DNA of 32,000 nt from Micromonas sp. (GCA_000090985.2 CP001328.1:306318-338317), one strand, 5' to 3'. Numbered from the stretch's first letter, positions 8,863 through 17,291 are shown. The notes: a model not told the origin generated them from the sequence alone. Program-made: numbers and translations.

Positions 8863-9309
8863 GGCTTTCGCGCCCGCCGTCGCTCGCGATGCACTCGCGA
8901 CGACCGCGGGTGGGAGCTTCGCGCCAGCCTTCGCGCCCGACTCCTCCCCGGGCCGCGGCGCGCGCGGGTGTGCGAAGAAACAACTCGTCAGCGCCCGCCT
9001 GTCCACCTCCCCAAGCTCCGTGGCGGATAGCGGATTGGCGACGTCGAGGGAACTTTCACAGCCGTTCGATTTTTTCGGGCTCTGACTGCAGCGGCCGTGC
9101 AGACAAAGTGCAAGTTTAGCGTTAGCGGGTTATATTCGCTCGTCACTCACACGGTGATCAGTTACGTTTTCGAATTCACGCGAAACAATAATTTTGCCAG
9201 GCGAGGCTCGCCCCCGCTTCCTGCGCTTCCCGTGTTTTTTAATCCCGAAGCTTCGCGCACGGCTGACCCTTTTCGCTCGGCGTACACGCCCTGCACAGCA
9301 TCGGGAAAC

Positions 9310-10255
9310 ATGGGCAAGACTCAGGACGTCGTGACCCGCGAGTACACCATCAACCTCGCCAAGGCGGTCCACGGACTGACCTTCAAGAAGAGGGCTCCTC
9401 GTGCGGTGCAAGCGGTAAGTGCCCAACCCCGAGACAAACGAGCCGCGATTAGGGCTAGGCGTCGGTACGACGCGCGAGACGCGGCGTCGACGCGAGTCAC
9501 GACGGTCGGTTCCCCTGAACGACGCGGCGTTCTATCGTTCACGTTATGAAGGGGGCATCGTGACGCCGTTCGTGTCGATCGATGACGCGCATCGCCCGGG
9601 GACGGGTCGTTTCCGTCCGCCCATCGCGGCCCGGGCTCGCCCGCTTCGCGCTCGCGAGGCGATGAGTCCTTTTTTCCCGAGCACCCCCGCTCACCTCCGC
9701 CCCCTCCTCGACGCCAACAGGTGAAGAAGTTCGCGCAGAAGGTCATGAAGACCTCCGACGTGCGTGTTGACGTGAAGCTCAACAAGGCTATCTGGTCCAA
9801 GGGCATCCGCAACGTGAGTAGACGCGCGTCCGCCCCGCACTTTTCGCATCGCCAGGTCCTAGGGTTTGGCACCCGGTCCGGACTGTTTCCCCGTACGGAA
9901 AGCACCGACGCTGACCGCGGTCCCGTACTTCCACTCCCGCGTCCACAGGTTCCCCGCAAAATCCGCGTGCAGATCTCCCGCAAGCGCAACGACGACGAGG
10001 ACGCCACGGTACGTACATCCCGCGCGGTCCCAGATCCTCGCGCGCGCGTCGAAGGCGTCGACGCCGCGCGACGGTGAAACCCAACAAATCTCTCTCGTCT
10101 CCCACCAAACATCTTCCTCCCCGGCGCGTGCGTCGTCGTCGTCCGTCTCTGACCCCCGGCGCCGTCTCTCGTTCCAACAGGAGGACCTCTACTCCTACGT
10201 GACCGTCGTCGACGGCCCCACCAACGAGGGCACCAAGGTTGTCGACGACGTCTAA
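9310..10255 (+). CDS. RPL31: 60S ribosomal protein eL31; join(9310..9414,9721..9813,9949..10008,10181..10255)
   Basis: The spliced product is [35 protein letters not shown]|[31 protein letters not shown]|[20 protein letters not shown]|[24 protein letters not shown] (110 aa). It is collinear with plant and animal eL31. Donors are GTAAGT, GTGAGT and GTACGT. Acceptors are CAACAG, CCACAG and CAACAG. All junctions are phase 0. Confidence 0.92.
9415..9720 (+). other. eL31 intron 1 (306 nt)
   Basis: GTAAGT...GCCAACAG. It interrupts the conserved eL31 sequence between RAVQA and VKKF. Confidence 0.85.
9814..9948 (+). other. eL31 intron 2 (135 nt)
   Basis: GTGAGT...GTCCACAG, with GCTGACC 33 nt upstream of the acceptor. 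Confidence 0.85.
10009..10180 (+). other. eL31 intron 3 (172 nt)
   Basis: GTACGT...TTCCAACAG, with TCTGACC about 31 nt upstream of the acceptor. Confidence 0.85.
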
Positions 10256-10589
10256 GCGTCGAGCAAACGGTGTTGGGGTACATAGCTTGGGTTAAGATTT
10301 AGGGACACTCTCGCGTCGCAAGGTGGCTACCGTGCGGGCGCGAGGCGTCTCGAGCCGGAAAAAAAACCGATCCCGAGGGCGGGCGACGTAGCGCGTTTGT
10401 AATGTGAACTCTTCGTCCTCGAGAAGACTGTCGTCTCGGCCCGTAGCCAGAAGCGTACTGCCGCGGCGAGAGGATGTTTTTCACCAGCCCAAGTTCTAAC
10501 ACTCTGTGCGCTCTCGAAGTCCATCTGCAAACGTCGAATCAGTTTCGCGCGCGCCCCGCGTCGGTGGACCGTGGTGGCCCGTAGCCGAC

Positions 10590-11300
10590 ATGCCAAACTC
10601 GCGGGTGTTCCTCGACATCGACCTCGACTCCCACCGGGAGAAGTACCAGCGCGCGAGGGACTTCGTCGAGGCCACCGACCTGCGCTACGGATGGAGTAGC
10701 AAGGACATCGCCGAGCTCGGAGGTGGCGAGAAGCAGCGCGTGGTCGAGTGCTACGCGGACGACTTCGACTGGGGATCCAAGGGACCGATCGAGATCGAGC
10801 CCGCGGCGGAGGAGAGGGTGGTCATCGAGCTGTTCGACGACAAGGCGCCGCTGGCGGTGGAGAACTTCAAGGCGCTGTGCACTGGCGAGAAGGGCATGAG
10901 CAAGAACTGCGCGGTTCCCTACCACTACAAGGGGGTCAAGTTCCACCGCGTGGTCAAGGGGTTCATGATGCAGGGCGGGGACTTCGCGATGCAGAACGGG
11001 AGCGGTGGGGAGAGCATCTGGGGCAAGAAGTTCAAGGACGAGAAGGACGGTCTGAAGGGCAGGCACGACGCGAGGGGCGTGGTCGCGATGGGCAACACCG
11101 GGAAAAACTCCAACGGATCGCAGTTCTTCATCACCTTCGCGCCGTGCAAGCAACTCGACGGGAAGCACGTCGTGTTCGGTAAGGTGGTGGAGGGGATGAA
11201 CGTGATCGACAAGGTCGAGGCGGTGGCCGTGTCCCCGGGTGGGGTCACGGAGGAACCGACCGTGCCGGTGGTCATCGCGGACTGCGGCGCGCTCCCTTGA
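10590..11300 (+). CDS. Cyclophilin-type peptidyl-prolyl cis-trans isomerase with an N-terminal extension of about 70 aa
   Basis: The track ORF begins at GTG 10506; the first ATG is at 10590 (MPNSRVFLDIDL). Cyclophilin core motifs: VENFKALCTGEKG, YKGVKFHRVVKGFMMQGGDF, GGESIWGKKFKDE, GVVAMGNTGKNSNGSQFFIT, LDGKHVVFGKVVEGMNV. Confidence 0.9.
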   Translation: MPNSRVFLDIDLDSHREKYQRARDFVEATDLRYGWSSKDIAELGGGEKQRVVECYADDFDWGSKGPIEIEPAAEERVVIELFDDKAPLAVENFKALCTGEKGMSKNCAVPYHYKGVKFHRVVKGFMMQGGDFAMQNGSGGESIWGKKFKDEKDGLKGRHDARGVVAMGNTGKNSNGSQFFITFAPCKQLDGKHVVFGKVVEGMNVIDKVEAVAVSPGGVTEEPTVPVVIADCGALP

Positions 11301-11499
11301 TTGGACGCGTCGGTCATAGCGAGCTAAACTCTTATAGCCAGCGCAGTAGCCAAGAGTGACGCGAACGTCTTTCGTTTTCATTACAAGGGAAGAAAGAATC
11401 TCGTAGCACTATCGGGACGAATGCGTTCGTCGCGCGGCGTCGTTATGTGTCAGTGGTCATGCGTACAGCGGCTCGTGTCTGGTCGAGCGGGTTTTTTTT

Positions 11500-12756
11500 T
11501 CAACGCCCGTCCTCCTCGGTGACGTCCTCGACCATGCCGTCAACCTCGACGACGGGGACGGCGCCGTCGTTGGCGTCGGCGTCGTCCTTGTTTTTATCGG
11601 CGGCGGAGGGAAGAGAGGCGGGGACGTCGCCGCGAACGGCCACCGTGATTCGTTCGGGCGCCGCGGGCTTCGCGGCGCAGACTGTGAGGACGCCGTTAAC
11701 AACCTCGGCGGCGACGGTGGCCTTGTCCACGTTCTCGGGCAGCGCGACGGAGAAGGAGTAACGCCTGCGGCCGAAGCGGGTGGACGCGTCGGCGCGCGCG
11801 GTGAGCGTGTTCTTGCGATCGATCTCGACGGTGAAGTCGGCGGCGGAAACCCCGGGGACCGCGCGTTGGATCAGGGTGATCACGTCGCCGTCGACATCGT
11901 CTGCGTTTTTGTTCGGGCCCCCGGCGTCGGCGGCGTCGTCGCCGGGGGCCGGAAGCCCGAGGGGCGTCGCGGACACCGGCACGTTCACCCCAGTCGCGCG
12001 AGGGTTAACCACGCGAATCGTGAGCAGGCCGTCGACGCACCACGCCCTGACTGTCGCTTCGGCGTCGGCGAGTCTGAGGACGCGACGGAACTTGCGGCCG
12101 CCGAGCGCGCGCGACGCGCCTTCGACGAGGAGGGTCTCCGCGGGCCTCTTGCGGGAGATGGAGATGTCGTGCCTGGAAAAGCCCGGGACGTTGATGACGA
12201 TGGTGTCACCGTCATCGTGGGCGTCCTTGGCGTCTTCGGCGTCCTTGGCGTCCTCGGCGTCCTTGGCGTCCTCGAGCATCGCGGTCGCCGGCGCGGAGTC
12301 GACGCGGATGAGCTCAGACTTGGGCGCCACCTTGGGGACGATGATCCTGAGCACGCCGTCGATGCACGACGCGGAGATGTTGGAGGCGTCCACGGCACCG
12401 CCAGTGGGTAGGCGGAGATCGGCGCGGACGTGCGGGTGCTTTTCGGACCTCACGGTGAGCAGGCCGCGCTCGGGCTTGGCGACGATGGCGAGATCCTCGG
12501 GGCGGACCCCGGGGCAGGTGGCGGAGACGAGGTAGCCCTCGTCGGTCTCGGACACCTCGGGATCGAAGTTGGGGACGTCGTCGGTGTCCATGGCGTCATC
12601 GGTGAGGACGAAGCGCACGAAGGGGTCTCGATGGGCCACGCGGAACGGGTCGGGGCCCCAGACTCGCCTCCGCGATCGCGGGCGGTGGAAGGGATGCGAA
12701 AACGCATCGGAGAAGATGGTGTCGAAGGCGTGGAAAGGAGAGGCGAAGAGCGCCAT
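11500..12756 (-). CDS. Small heat-shock protein with three tandem alpha-crystallin (Hsp20) domains (418 aa)
   Basis: The track ORF runs to 13716, but its first 320 codons are Arg-rich and overlap a better plus-strand gene. The ATG at 12756 gives MALFASPFHAFDTIFSDAF. Three ACD-like blocks each end in the G(V/L)L-x-(I/V) strand: ...EGYLVSATCPGVRPEDLAIV...CIDGVLRIIVPKV; ...IVINVPGFSRHDISIS...CVDGLLTIRVVNP; ...LIQRAVPGVSAADFTVEI...VVNGVLTVCAAKP. Confidence 0.8.
   Translation of the reverse strand: MALFASPFHAFDTIFSDAFSHPFHRPRSRRRVWGPDPFRVAHRDPFVRFVLTDDAMDTDDVPNFDPEVSETDEGYLVSATCPGVRPEDLAIVAKPERGLLTVRSEKHPHVRADLRLPTGGAVDASNISASCIDGVLRIIVPKVAPKSELIRVDSAPATAMLEDAKDAEDAKDAEDAKDAHDDGDTIVINVPGFSRHDISISRKRPAETLLVEGASRALGGRKFRRVLRLADAEATVRAWCVDGLLTIRVVNPRATGVNVPVSATPLGLPAPGDDAADAGGPNKNADDVDGDVITLIQRAVPGVSAADFTVEIDRKNTLTARADASTRFGRRRYSFSVALPENVDKATVAAEVVNGVLTVCAAKPAAPERITVAVRGDVPASLPSAADKNKDDADANDGAVPVVEVDGMVEDVTEEDGR
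12221..12274 (-). repeat. In-frame 18-nt x3 repeat encoding (DAKDAE)3 in the linker between ACD1 and ACD2
   Basis: Plus strand reads gcgtccttg gcgtcttcg gcgtccttg gcgtcctcg gcgtccttg gcgtcctcg. Confidence 0.9.
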
Positions 12757-13012
12757 GTGCGTGTTGTCGATGTCGGTGGTGGTGGTGAGGGAGGTTGTGG
12801 TGGTCGTTGGCGGTCGGGGATGGACCTCGACGGCGGTGGCTGTTGCGGTCGGTGTTACGCTGCTGTGCGCAGAGCGAAGTGATGCGTCGCGACCGCCGAG
12901 TGCGCTCTTATGCAAAATTCCACAGCCGTTTCTTGAGATCGGCCGGCAGATTGCCTTCGTCGACCTTCGCACGCAGGCCGCGACTGAAAAACAGTCTCCA
13001 ACTTTTGTCCAA

Positions 13013-13035
13013 AGAAGGATCGCGAACGCTCCTTC
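13013..13035. promoter_or_regulatory. Candidate heat-shock element (alternating nGAAn/nTTCn units) in the sHSP divergent promoter
   Basis: aGAAg gATCg cGAAc gCTCc tTC. Two GAA units are perfect and two xTC units are degenerate, all contiguous. The site is 257 nt upstream of the sHSP ATG. This is a motif match only. Confidence 0.3.
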
Positions 13036-13143
13036 AGCAGTCATCGATTGCGACAGGTCATCGTTTTTCGCGCACCTCGCCCGCGGGAAGGGCGGAGGGG
13101 CGCGCTCGCTCGCCAAGGGGGTCGGAGGGACACGTCGCGATCG

Positions 13144-14082
13144 ATGGGGTGCGTCGCTCGCGTCGCGTCTATGCTCGCGGCCCCACCACACGCGACGATC
13201 CCGATAAGATGTCGTTCGTCGCGTCCCGCCCCGCGCGTTTGCCGCGCCGAGCGCGCGCGCGGTGGCCCGTCCTCGTCGGAGGAGGATGCAGACGGCGCGG
13301 CGCCGAGGCACTGGAGCAGGAAGCTGCGCGGCGCCGGGTCGGACGTCACCAGGGACGACCTGCGGTACATGTCTGCCAAGGTGGCGCCCTCGGGGAACGA
13401 CGCGGGAGGCCTCGGGGCTACGCTCATCGGGGTGAAGCGCGACAGGGACAACGTCACGCTCGTGGAGGATGAGAGACTCGTCGTACCGTTCCTCGCCGAG
13501 GCGTTGGGAGTGACGCAGCCGGAGGCGGAGGACGCGCTCGCGCAGCTGTGCGCGATCCTCCCGCCGGTGCGACGCCGGGGTGCGATCCGCAAGATGGGCG
13601 CGCCGACGATCGCGAGGCTGTGCCGCGATCTTCCCGGTCTGTCGCGCAGGCTCTTGGAACTGAAAAGAGTCTTCCCCGCGTGCGACGTAGCGGAGATGGC
13701 CGTCGTCTCCAGCCACCTCCTGACCGAGTCGATGGAAGACGTCATCGAGCCGAGCCTGGCGGCGCTGAGGGAGACGTTCCCCGAGGCTGGCGTAGACGGG
13801 AAACCCGGGGTGGACAGGATGGTCTTTGCGGTGCCGCAGCTGTTGGACGCGGACTTTGCTAAAAAAGCCGTCGCCGCCGTCTCTTCATCGTTCGGCGTCG
13901 ATCTCGAGGCGGCGACGCGCGCGGTGCACAAGGACCCGAGGCTGGCGCTGAGGGTGGAGAGCGGAGCGGTGCGGAGCAGGTACTCCGCCAGCTTCGATCA
14001 GGCGAACGTGGTGGCGAACAGGGTGGTGAAGGAGCGGGCGAGGGAGGATTATTACCGCCCGGGGCGGGCGAGGGAGCCGTGA
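13144..14082 (+). CDS. Organelle-targeted helical-repeat protein, possibly mTERF-like; function uncertain
   Basis: The track ORF starts on TTG 13048; the first ATG is at 13144 (MGCVARVASMLAAPPHATIPIRCRSSRPAPR, transit-peptide-like). Leu-rich helical segments recur (VVPFLAEALGVTQPEAEDALAQL; VSSHLLTESMEDVIEPSLAALRETFP; VFAVPQLLDADFAKKAVAAVSSSFGVDLEAATRAVHKDPRLAL). These resemble mTERF repeats by eye. Confidence 0.6.
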   Translation: MGCVARVASMLAAPPHATIPIRCRSSRPAPRVCRAERARGGPSSSEEDADGAAPRHWSRKLRGAGSDVTRDDLRYMSAKVAPSGNDAGGLGATLIGVKRDRDNVTLVEDERLVVPFLAEALGVTQPEAEDALAQLCAILPPVRRRGAIRKMGAPTIARLCRDLPGLSRRLLELKRVFPACDVAEMAVVSSHLLTESMEDVIEPSLAALRETFPEAGVDGKPGVDRMVFAVPQLLDADFAKKAVAAVSSSFGVDLEAATRAVHKDPRLALRVESGAVRSRYSASFDQANVVANRVVKERAREDYYRPGRAREP

Positions 14083-14226
14083 AGGTAGACTATTTACACG
14101 TATTAAGTAGCCGTATTAAGTGTTAGAACCCAGAGCCTCGGCGACTGTTCGTTCGACTCGACGCTTCGCGAGTGAGAAACGACCGCGCTTCGCGATTGAA
14201 ACGTCGGCTCGGCGCGGCGACGGCGA

Positions 14227-14281
14227 GCGTCTCGAATCCGTCTCAAATCCGTCTCAAACTCGTCTCAAAATTCGTCAGCGC
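14227..14281. repeat. 11-bp tandem repeat CCGTCTCAAAT x~5 in a convergent 3' intergenic region
   Basis: gcgtctcgaat ccgtctcaaat ccgtctcaaac tcgtctcaaaa ttcgtcagcgc. The last unit overlaps the aminotransferase stop codon (tca at 14275-14277). Confidence 0.85.
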
Positions 14282-15564
14282 TCCACCCCGTCCAGCGCCT
14301 TCGCGATCGCGCCCTCGATCGCCCTCACCGTCCCGTCCGGGTCTCGCACCTTGTCCAGCCCGAAGAGGCCGAACCGAAACGTCCCCATCTCCGGCTGCGT
14401 CTCCAGCATGTACGGGACGCCCGCCGCGATTTGAAAACCCGCGGCTTTGAATTTGGCGGCGACGCTCTTATCGCCTACGTACGCGACGGCGACGCCTGGC
14501 GCGCGGTATCCCGGCGCGGCGACGATGGTCAGGCCGGCAGCCTCCATGACGTCCCTCACCCTGGCGCCCATGGCGACGAAGTCGTCCTTGATTTTCGCGA
14601 AGCCGTAGTCGCGCGTCTCGAACGCCGCGTCCCTGAACAGTCGGAGGCAATCGGTGGGCATGGTGGTGTAGTAGCTGAACCCGCCGGCGACGTAGGTGTC
14701 CATGACGCCGAGCCACTTGCGCAGGTTGAGCGTCATGCTGTCGCTTTTCGTCGCGCTTTCGTCGCGGACGAGCGCCTCGGCGCGCGCGGAGAGCATCACC
14801 ACGCCGGCGCACGCGTGTCCGCTCCATCCTTTTTGCGGCGCGGTGATGACGACGTCGATACCGAGGGCTTTCATGTCGACCCAGTAGGTGCCGGACGCGA
14901 TGCAGTCGAGGACGAAGACGGCGCCGACGCGGTGCGCGGCGTCCGCGATTTGTTTGACGTGATCGTCGGGGAACATCACGCCGGTGGAGGTCTCGACGTG
15001 CGGGGCGAAGACCACCTTGGGCTTTTCTTTTTCGATGGCGGAGACGATGGCGTGGACCGGGAGGGGCTTGACGTGCGGGCGGGACGCGTCGGTGCCCTCG
15101 GTGTCGAGCGTGGCCTTGAGGACGACAACCTCGGACGCGATCTCGGTCTGCTCGAAGATGTCGGTCCACCGGTAGGAGAAGTACCCGTTGCGGACGACGA
15201 GCGCCTTCTCGCCGCGCGCGAACTGTCGCGCCACCGCCTCCATGCCGTACGTGCCTGATCCGGGGAGGATGACGGTCGCCGCGGCGTTGTAGACGCCCTT
15301 GAGGAGGGTGTTCAGGTCGTTCATGACCTCGATGAATGGCGCGGACATGTGGTTGAGCGCGCGGTCGGTGTAAACCACGCTGAACTCCTTCAGTCCGCCG
15401 CTGTAGTCGTCCGGCATGGCGCGCCGGTGCCACTTCTCCGGAGCGATCGCGCCGTCGCCGTTGGCGTGGTACGGGCACGAGCCGCTCGCTTCGGCGAGGA
15501 CGGAGGGGGCGGCGATCGCGAGTGTCGCGATCGCCGCGACGATGACGAGGAACGAGACGCGCAT
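14275..15564 (-). CDS. Class-V PLP-dependent aminotransferase (AGT/SPT/PhnW superfamily) with a signal-peptide-like N-terminus
   Basis: The track ORF starts on TTG 15648; the first ATG is at 15564 (MRVSFLVIVAAIATLAIAAPSVLAEAS). Core motifs: ILPGSGTYGMEAVARQF, VFAPHVETSTGVMFP, VFVLDCIASG, ITAPQKGWSG (PLP lysine), FRFGLFG. Confidence 0.85.
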   Translation of the reverse strand: MRVSFLVIVAAIATLAIAAPSVLAEASGSCPYHANGDGAIAPEKWHRRAMPDDYSGGLKEFSVVYTDRALNHMSAPFIEVMNDLNTLLKGVYNAAATVILPGSGTYGMEAVARQFARGEKALVVRNGYFSYRWTDIFEQTEIASEVVVLKATLDTEGTDASRPHVKPLPVHAIVSAIEKEKPKVVFAPHVETSTGVMFPDDHVKQIADAAHRVGAVFVLDCIASGTYWVDMKALGIDVVITAPQKGWSGHACAGVVMLSARAEALVRDESATKSDSMTLNLRKWLGVMDTYVAGGFSYYTTMPTDCLRLFRDAAFETRDYGFAKIKDDFVAMGARVRDVMEAAGLTIVAAPGYRAPGVAVAYVGDKSVAAKFKAAGFQIAAGVPYMLETQPEMGTFRFGLFGLDKVRDPDGTVRAIEGAIAKALDGVER

Positions 15565-15784
15565 CGGGATCGGACTCGGATCGAGGCGGGCGGATACGAG
15601 CGGGCGCGTCGCTTCGCGATCTGACGAGCCAAGTCTGACGAGGCGCAAACACGTTTACGTTGTTGGTCGCGGCATTGGCGTTTTCGCCAACCGCTGCGAT
15701 ACATATCTGCAAAATCGAGAAATCACCCCAATCAACTGCGAAAAGAGCCCCGGGATCCCGGGAACTCGCTTCAACCCCTTCCAG

Positions 15785-15857
15785 GGGGTCGTAGCTCACA
15801 TGGTAGAGCGCTCGCTTCGCATGCGAGAGGTACGGGGATCGATACCCTGCGACTCCA
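15785..15857 (+). tRNA. trnA-CGC: tRNA-Ala (anticodon CGC), 73 nt, no intron, CCA not encoded
   Basis: Cloverleaf folded by hand: acceptor GGGGTCG/CGACTCC with the Ala identity pair G3:U70; D arm GCTC-ACATGGTA-GAGC; anticodon arm CTCGC-TTCGCAT-GCGAG (anticodon CGC); variable loop AGGTA; T arm CGGGG-ATCGATA-CCCTG; discriminator A. It is near-identical to the plant nuclear tRNA-Ala backbone. Confidence 0.95.
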
Positions 15858-15858
15858 C

Positions 15859-15874
15859 TTTTTTTATTTTTTTT
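15859..15874 (+). terminator. RNA polymerase III terminator (T7-A-T8)
   Basis: tttttttatttttttt begins 2 nt after the tRNA 3' end and stands out in this GC-rich context. Confidence 0.8.
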
Positions 15875-15923
15875 GCCGGAGCGTCCGATAAATCCAACGG
15901 CGGATAGCGCGCCGCAGAGAGCC

Positions 15924-17291
15924 ATGGCGCCGTCGCTCGAGGAGTGGGTCGCCGACCTCGCCTCGGGTCACGATGCGAGACTGACCAAGGCGGCGGTGCG
16001 CCAGTCGGCGCACGGCAAGGGCCTGTTCGCGTCCGAGCCCGTCAAGCGCGGCGACGTCGTCGCTTCGGTGCCGAAGAAGCTGACCCTGTGGGTGCAGGAG
16101 GGCAACGCGCTCGCGCTGCCGGGCGACGGCGCCTGGCCGAGGGTGCGCGCCGGCGCGTCCGCGGCGGCGCCGGACTCGGGGAAAGGGTGGGAGTTCATCC
16201 TCGCGCGCGCGATCGTCGACGCGGTCGCCGGCGACGGCGGCGCCTTCTGGGAGGCGTACGGCGGCATGATGCCCGGCCCGGAGACCCTCGCGCACCCCTT
16301 CCTCCTCTCCGACGCGACGCTGCGCGAGCTCCAGGACGACGACATGGCGCGCAGGGCGAGGGACGAACGCGAGCTCATCAAGGCGTTGATGCCCGATCTC
16401 ACCACCCCGCAACACGCCATGGACGACGACCCGCACGTCACCGTCGGCGCGTGGGCGCTGGCGCTCGTCCGATCGCGAGCCATGCGCGTGGGCGTCGGCG
16501 CGCACGCCGTCGTGCCCTTTCTGGACTGCGCCAACCACGCCTCGGTGCCCTCCGTCGACTACAGGTGCGACTCCGTGGAGACCCCGGCGTCTTCGGGGCT
16601 TCCGCCGCAGGCTTCGGAGGCGATGGCGGACGTCGAGCTCGTCGCGCTGACGGACGCCGACGTCGGCGACGAGCTCCGCCTGGCGTACACAAAGGGCCAA
16701 CTGACGTCGACGGAGCACTTCGAGCAGTACGGCTTCGTGCCAACGGGCGGGTCCCCGGCGGACCGCGTGCGCGGGTTACCGAGGGTTAATAAGGGCAAGC
16801 GCGCGGCGCGGCTGGGACGAGCGCTCAGGCGCGCGATCGGCGCGACGCTTCGAGGGGTGTGGAACGAGGTGGAGGATGCCGAGTCGGCTCGGAGCGGGAG
16901 CGGCGTGGAAGCGTTTGACGCTCGGGCGGTGGTCGTGGCGGCGGGGGCGTCGATCGCCGCGACGCTCGGGGACGGGGACGACGACGCGGGGGGAGGAGGA
17001 CGCGAGGAGGGGGTCCTCGAGGAGGGGGTCCTCGAGGATGCGGCGTCGTCGTCGGAGGATATGACGTCGGAGGAGGAGTCGGCGCACCTGGCGGCGCTGA
17101 GACGCGCGGCGGCGGAGCTCGAGGCTTCGTACGAGACCACGCTGGAGGCGGACGAGGCGGCGTTTGGCGGGGCGACCGAGAGTGGGGACGAGCGGCTCGC
17201 GAACGTGATGCACCTGCGCGTGTGCAGGAAACGTCTGGCGCGCCGCGTGCGCGAGGTGCTCGACGGGATCGAGTTGGAGGAATCTTATTAG
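15924..17291 (+). CDS. SET-domain protein-lysine methyltransferase (Rubisco LSMT / SETD6-like)
   Basis: The track ORF starts on TTG 15873; the first ATG is at 15924 (MAPSLEEWV). Motifs: GKGLFASEPVKRGDVVASVPKKL, VVPFLDCANHAS, ELRLAYTKGQLTSTEHFEQYGFVP. The C-terminal part is acidic. Confidence 0.8.
   Translation: MAPSLEEWVADLASGHDARLTKAAVRQSAHGKGLFASEPVKRGDVVASVPKKLTLWVQEGNALALPGDGAWPRVRAGASAAAPDSGKGWEFILARAIVDAVAGDGGAFWEAYGGMMPGPETLAHPFLLSDATLRELQDDDMARRARDERELIKALMPDLTTPQHAMDDDPHVTVGAWALALVRSRAMRVGVGAHAVVPFLDCANHASVPSVDYRCDSVETPASSGLPPQASEAMADVELVALTDADVGDELRLAYTKGQLTSTEHFEQYGFVPTGGSPADRVRGLPRVNKGKRAARLGRALRRAIGATLRGVWNEVEDAESARSGSGVEAFDARAVVVAAGASIAATLGDGDDDAGGGGREEGVLEEGVLEDAASSSEDMTSEEESAHLAALRRAAAELEASYETTLEADEAAFGGATESGDERLANVMHLRVCRKRLARRVREVLDGIELEESY
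17004..17038 (+). repeat. In-frame 15-nt x2.3 repeat (EEGVL)2 in the SET gene
   Basis: gaggagggggtcctc gaggagggggtcctc gagga. Confidence 0.9.

Noticed and set aside
9415-9720. Intron-hosted snoRNA in the long first intron of eL31
   Set aside because: I found no convincing C box (RUGAUGA) paired with a downstream D box (CUGA) flanked by a terminal stem, and no clear H/ACA layout by eye. A covariance-model scan would be needed before any claim.
12757-13716. N-terminal 320 codons of the 738-aa minus-strand ORF (sHSP extension)
   Set aside because: Arg-rich and without homology. It overlaps the better-supported plus-strand gene at 13144-14082 and would bury the divergent promoter. The conserved sHSP N-terminal region begins at ATG 12756.
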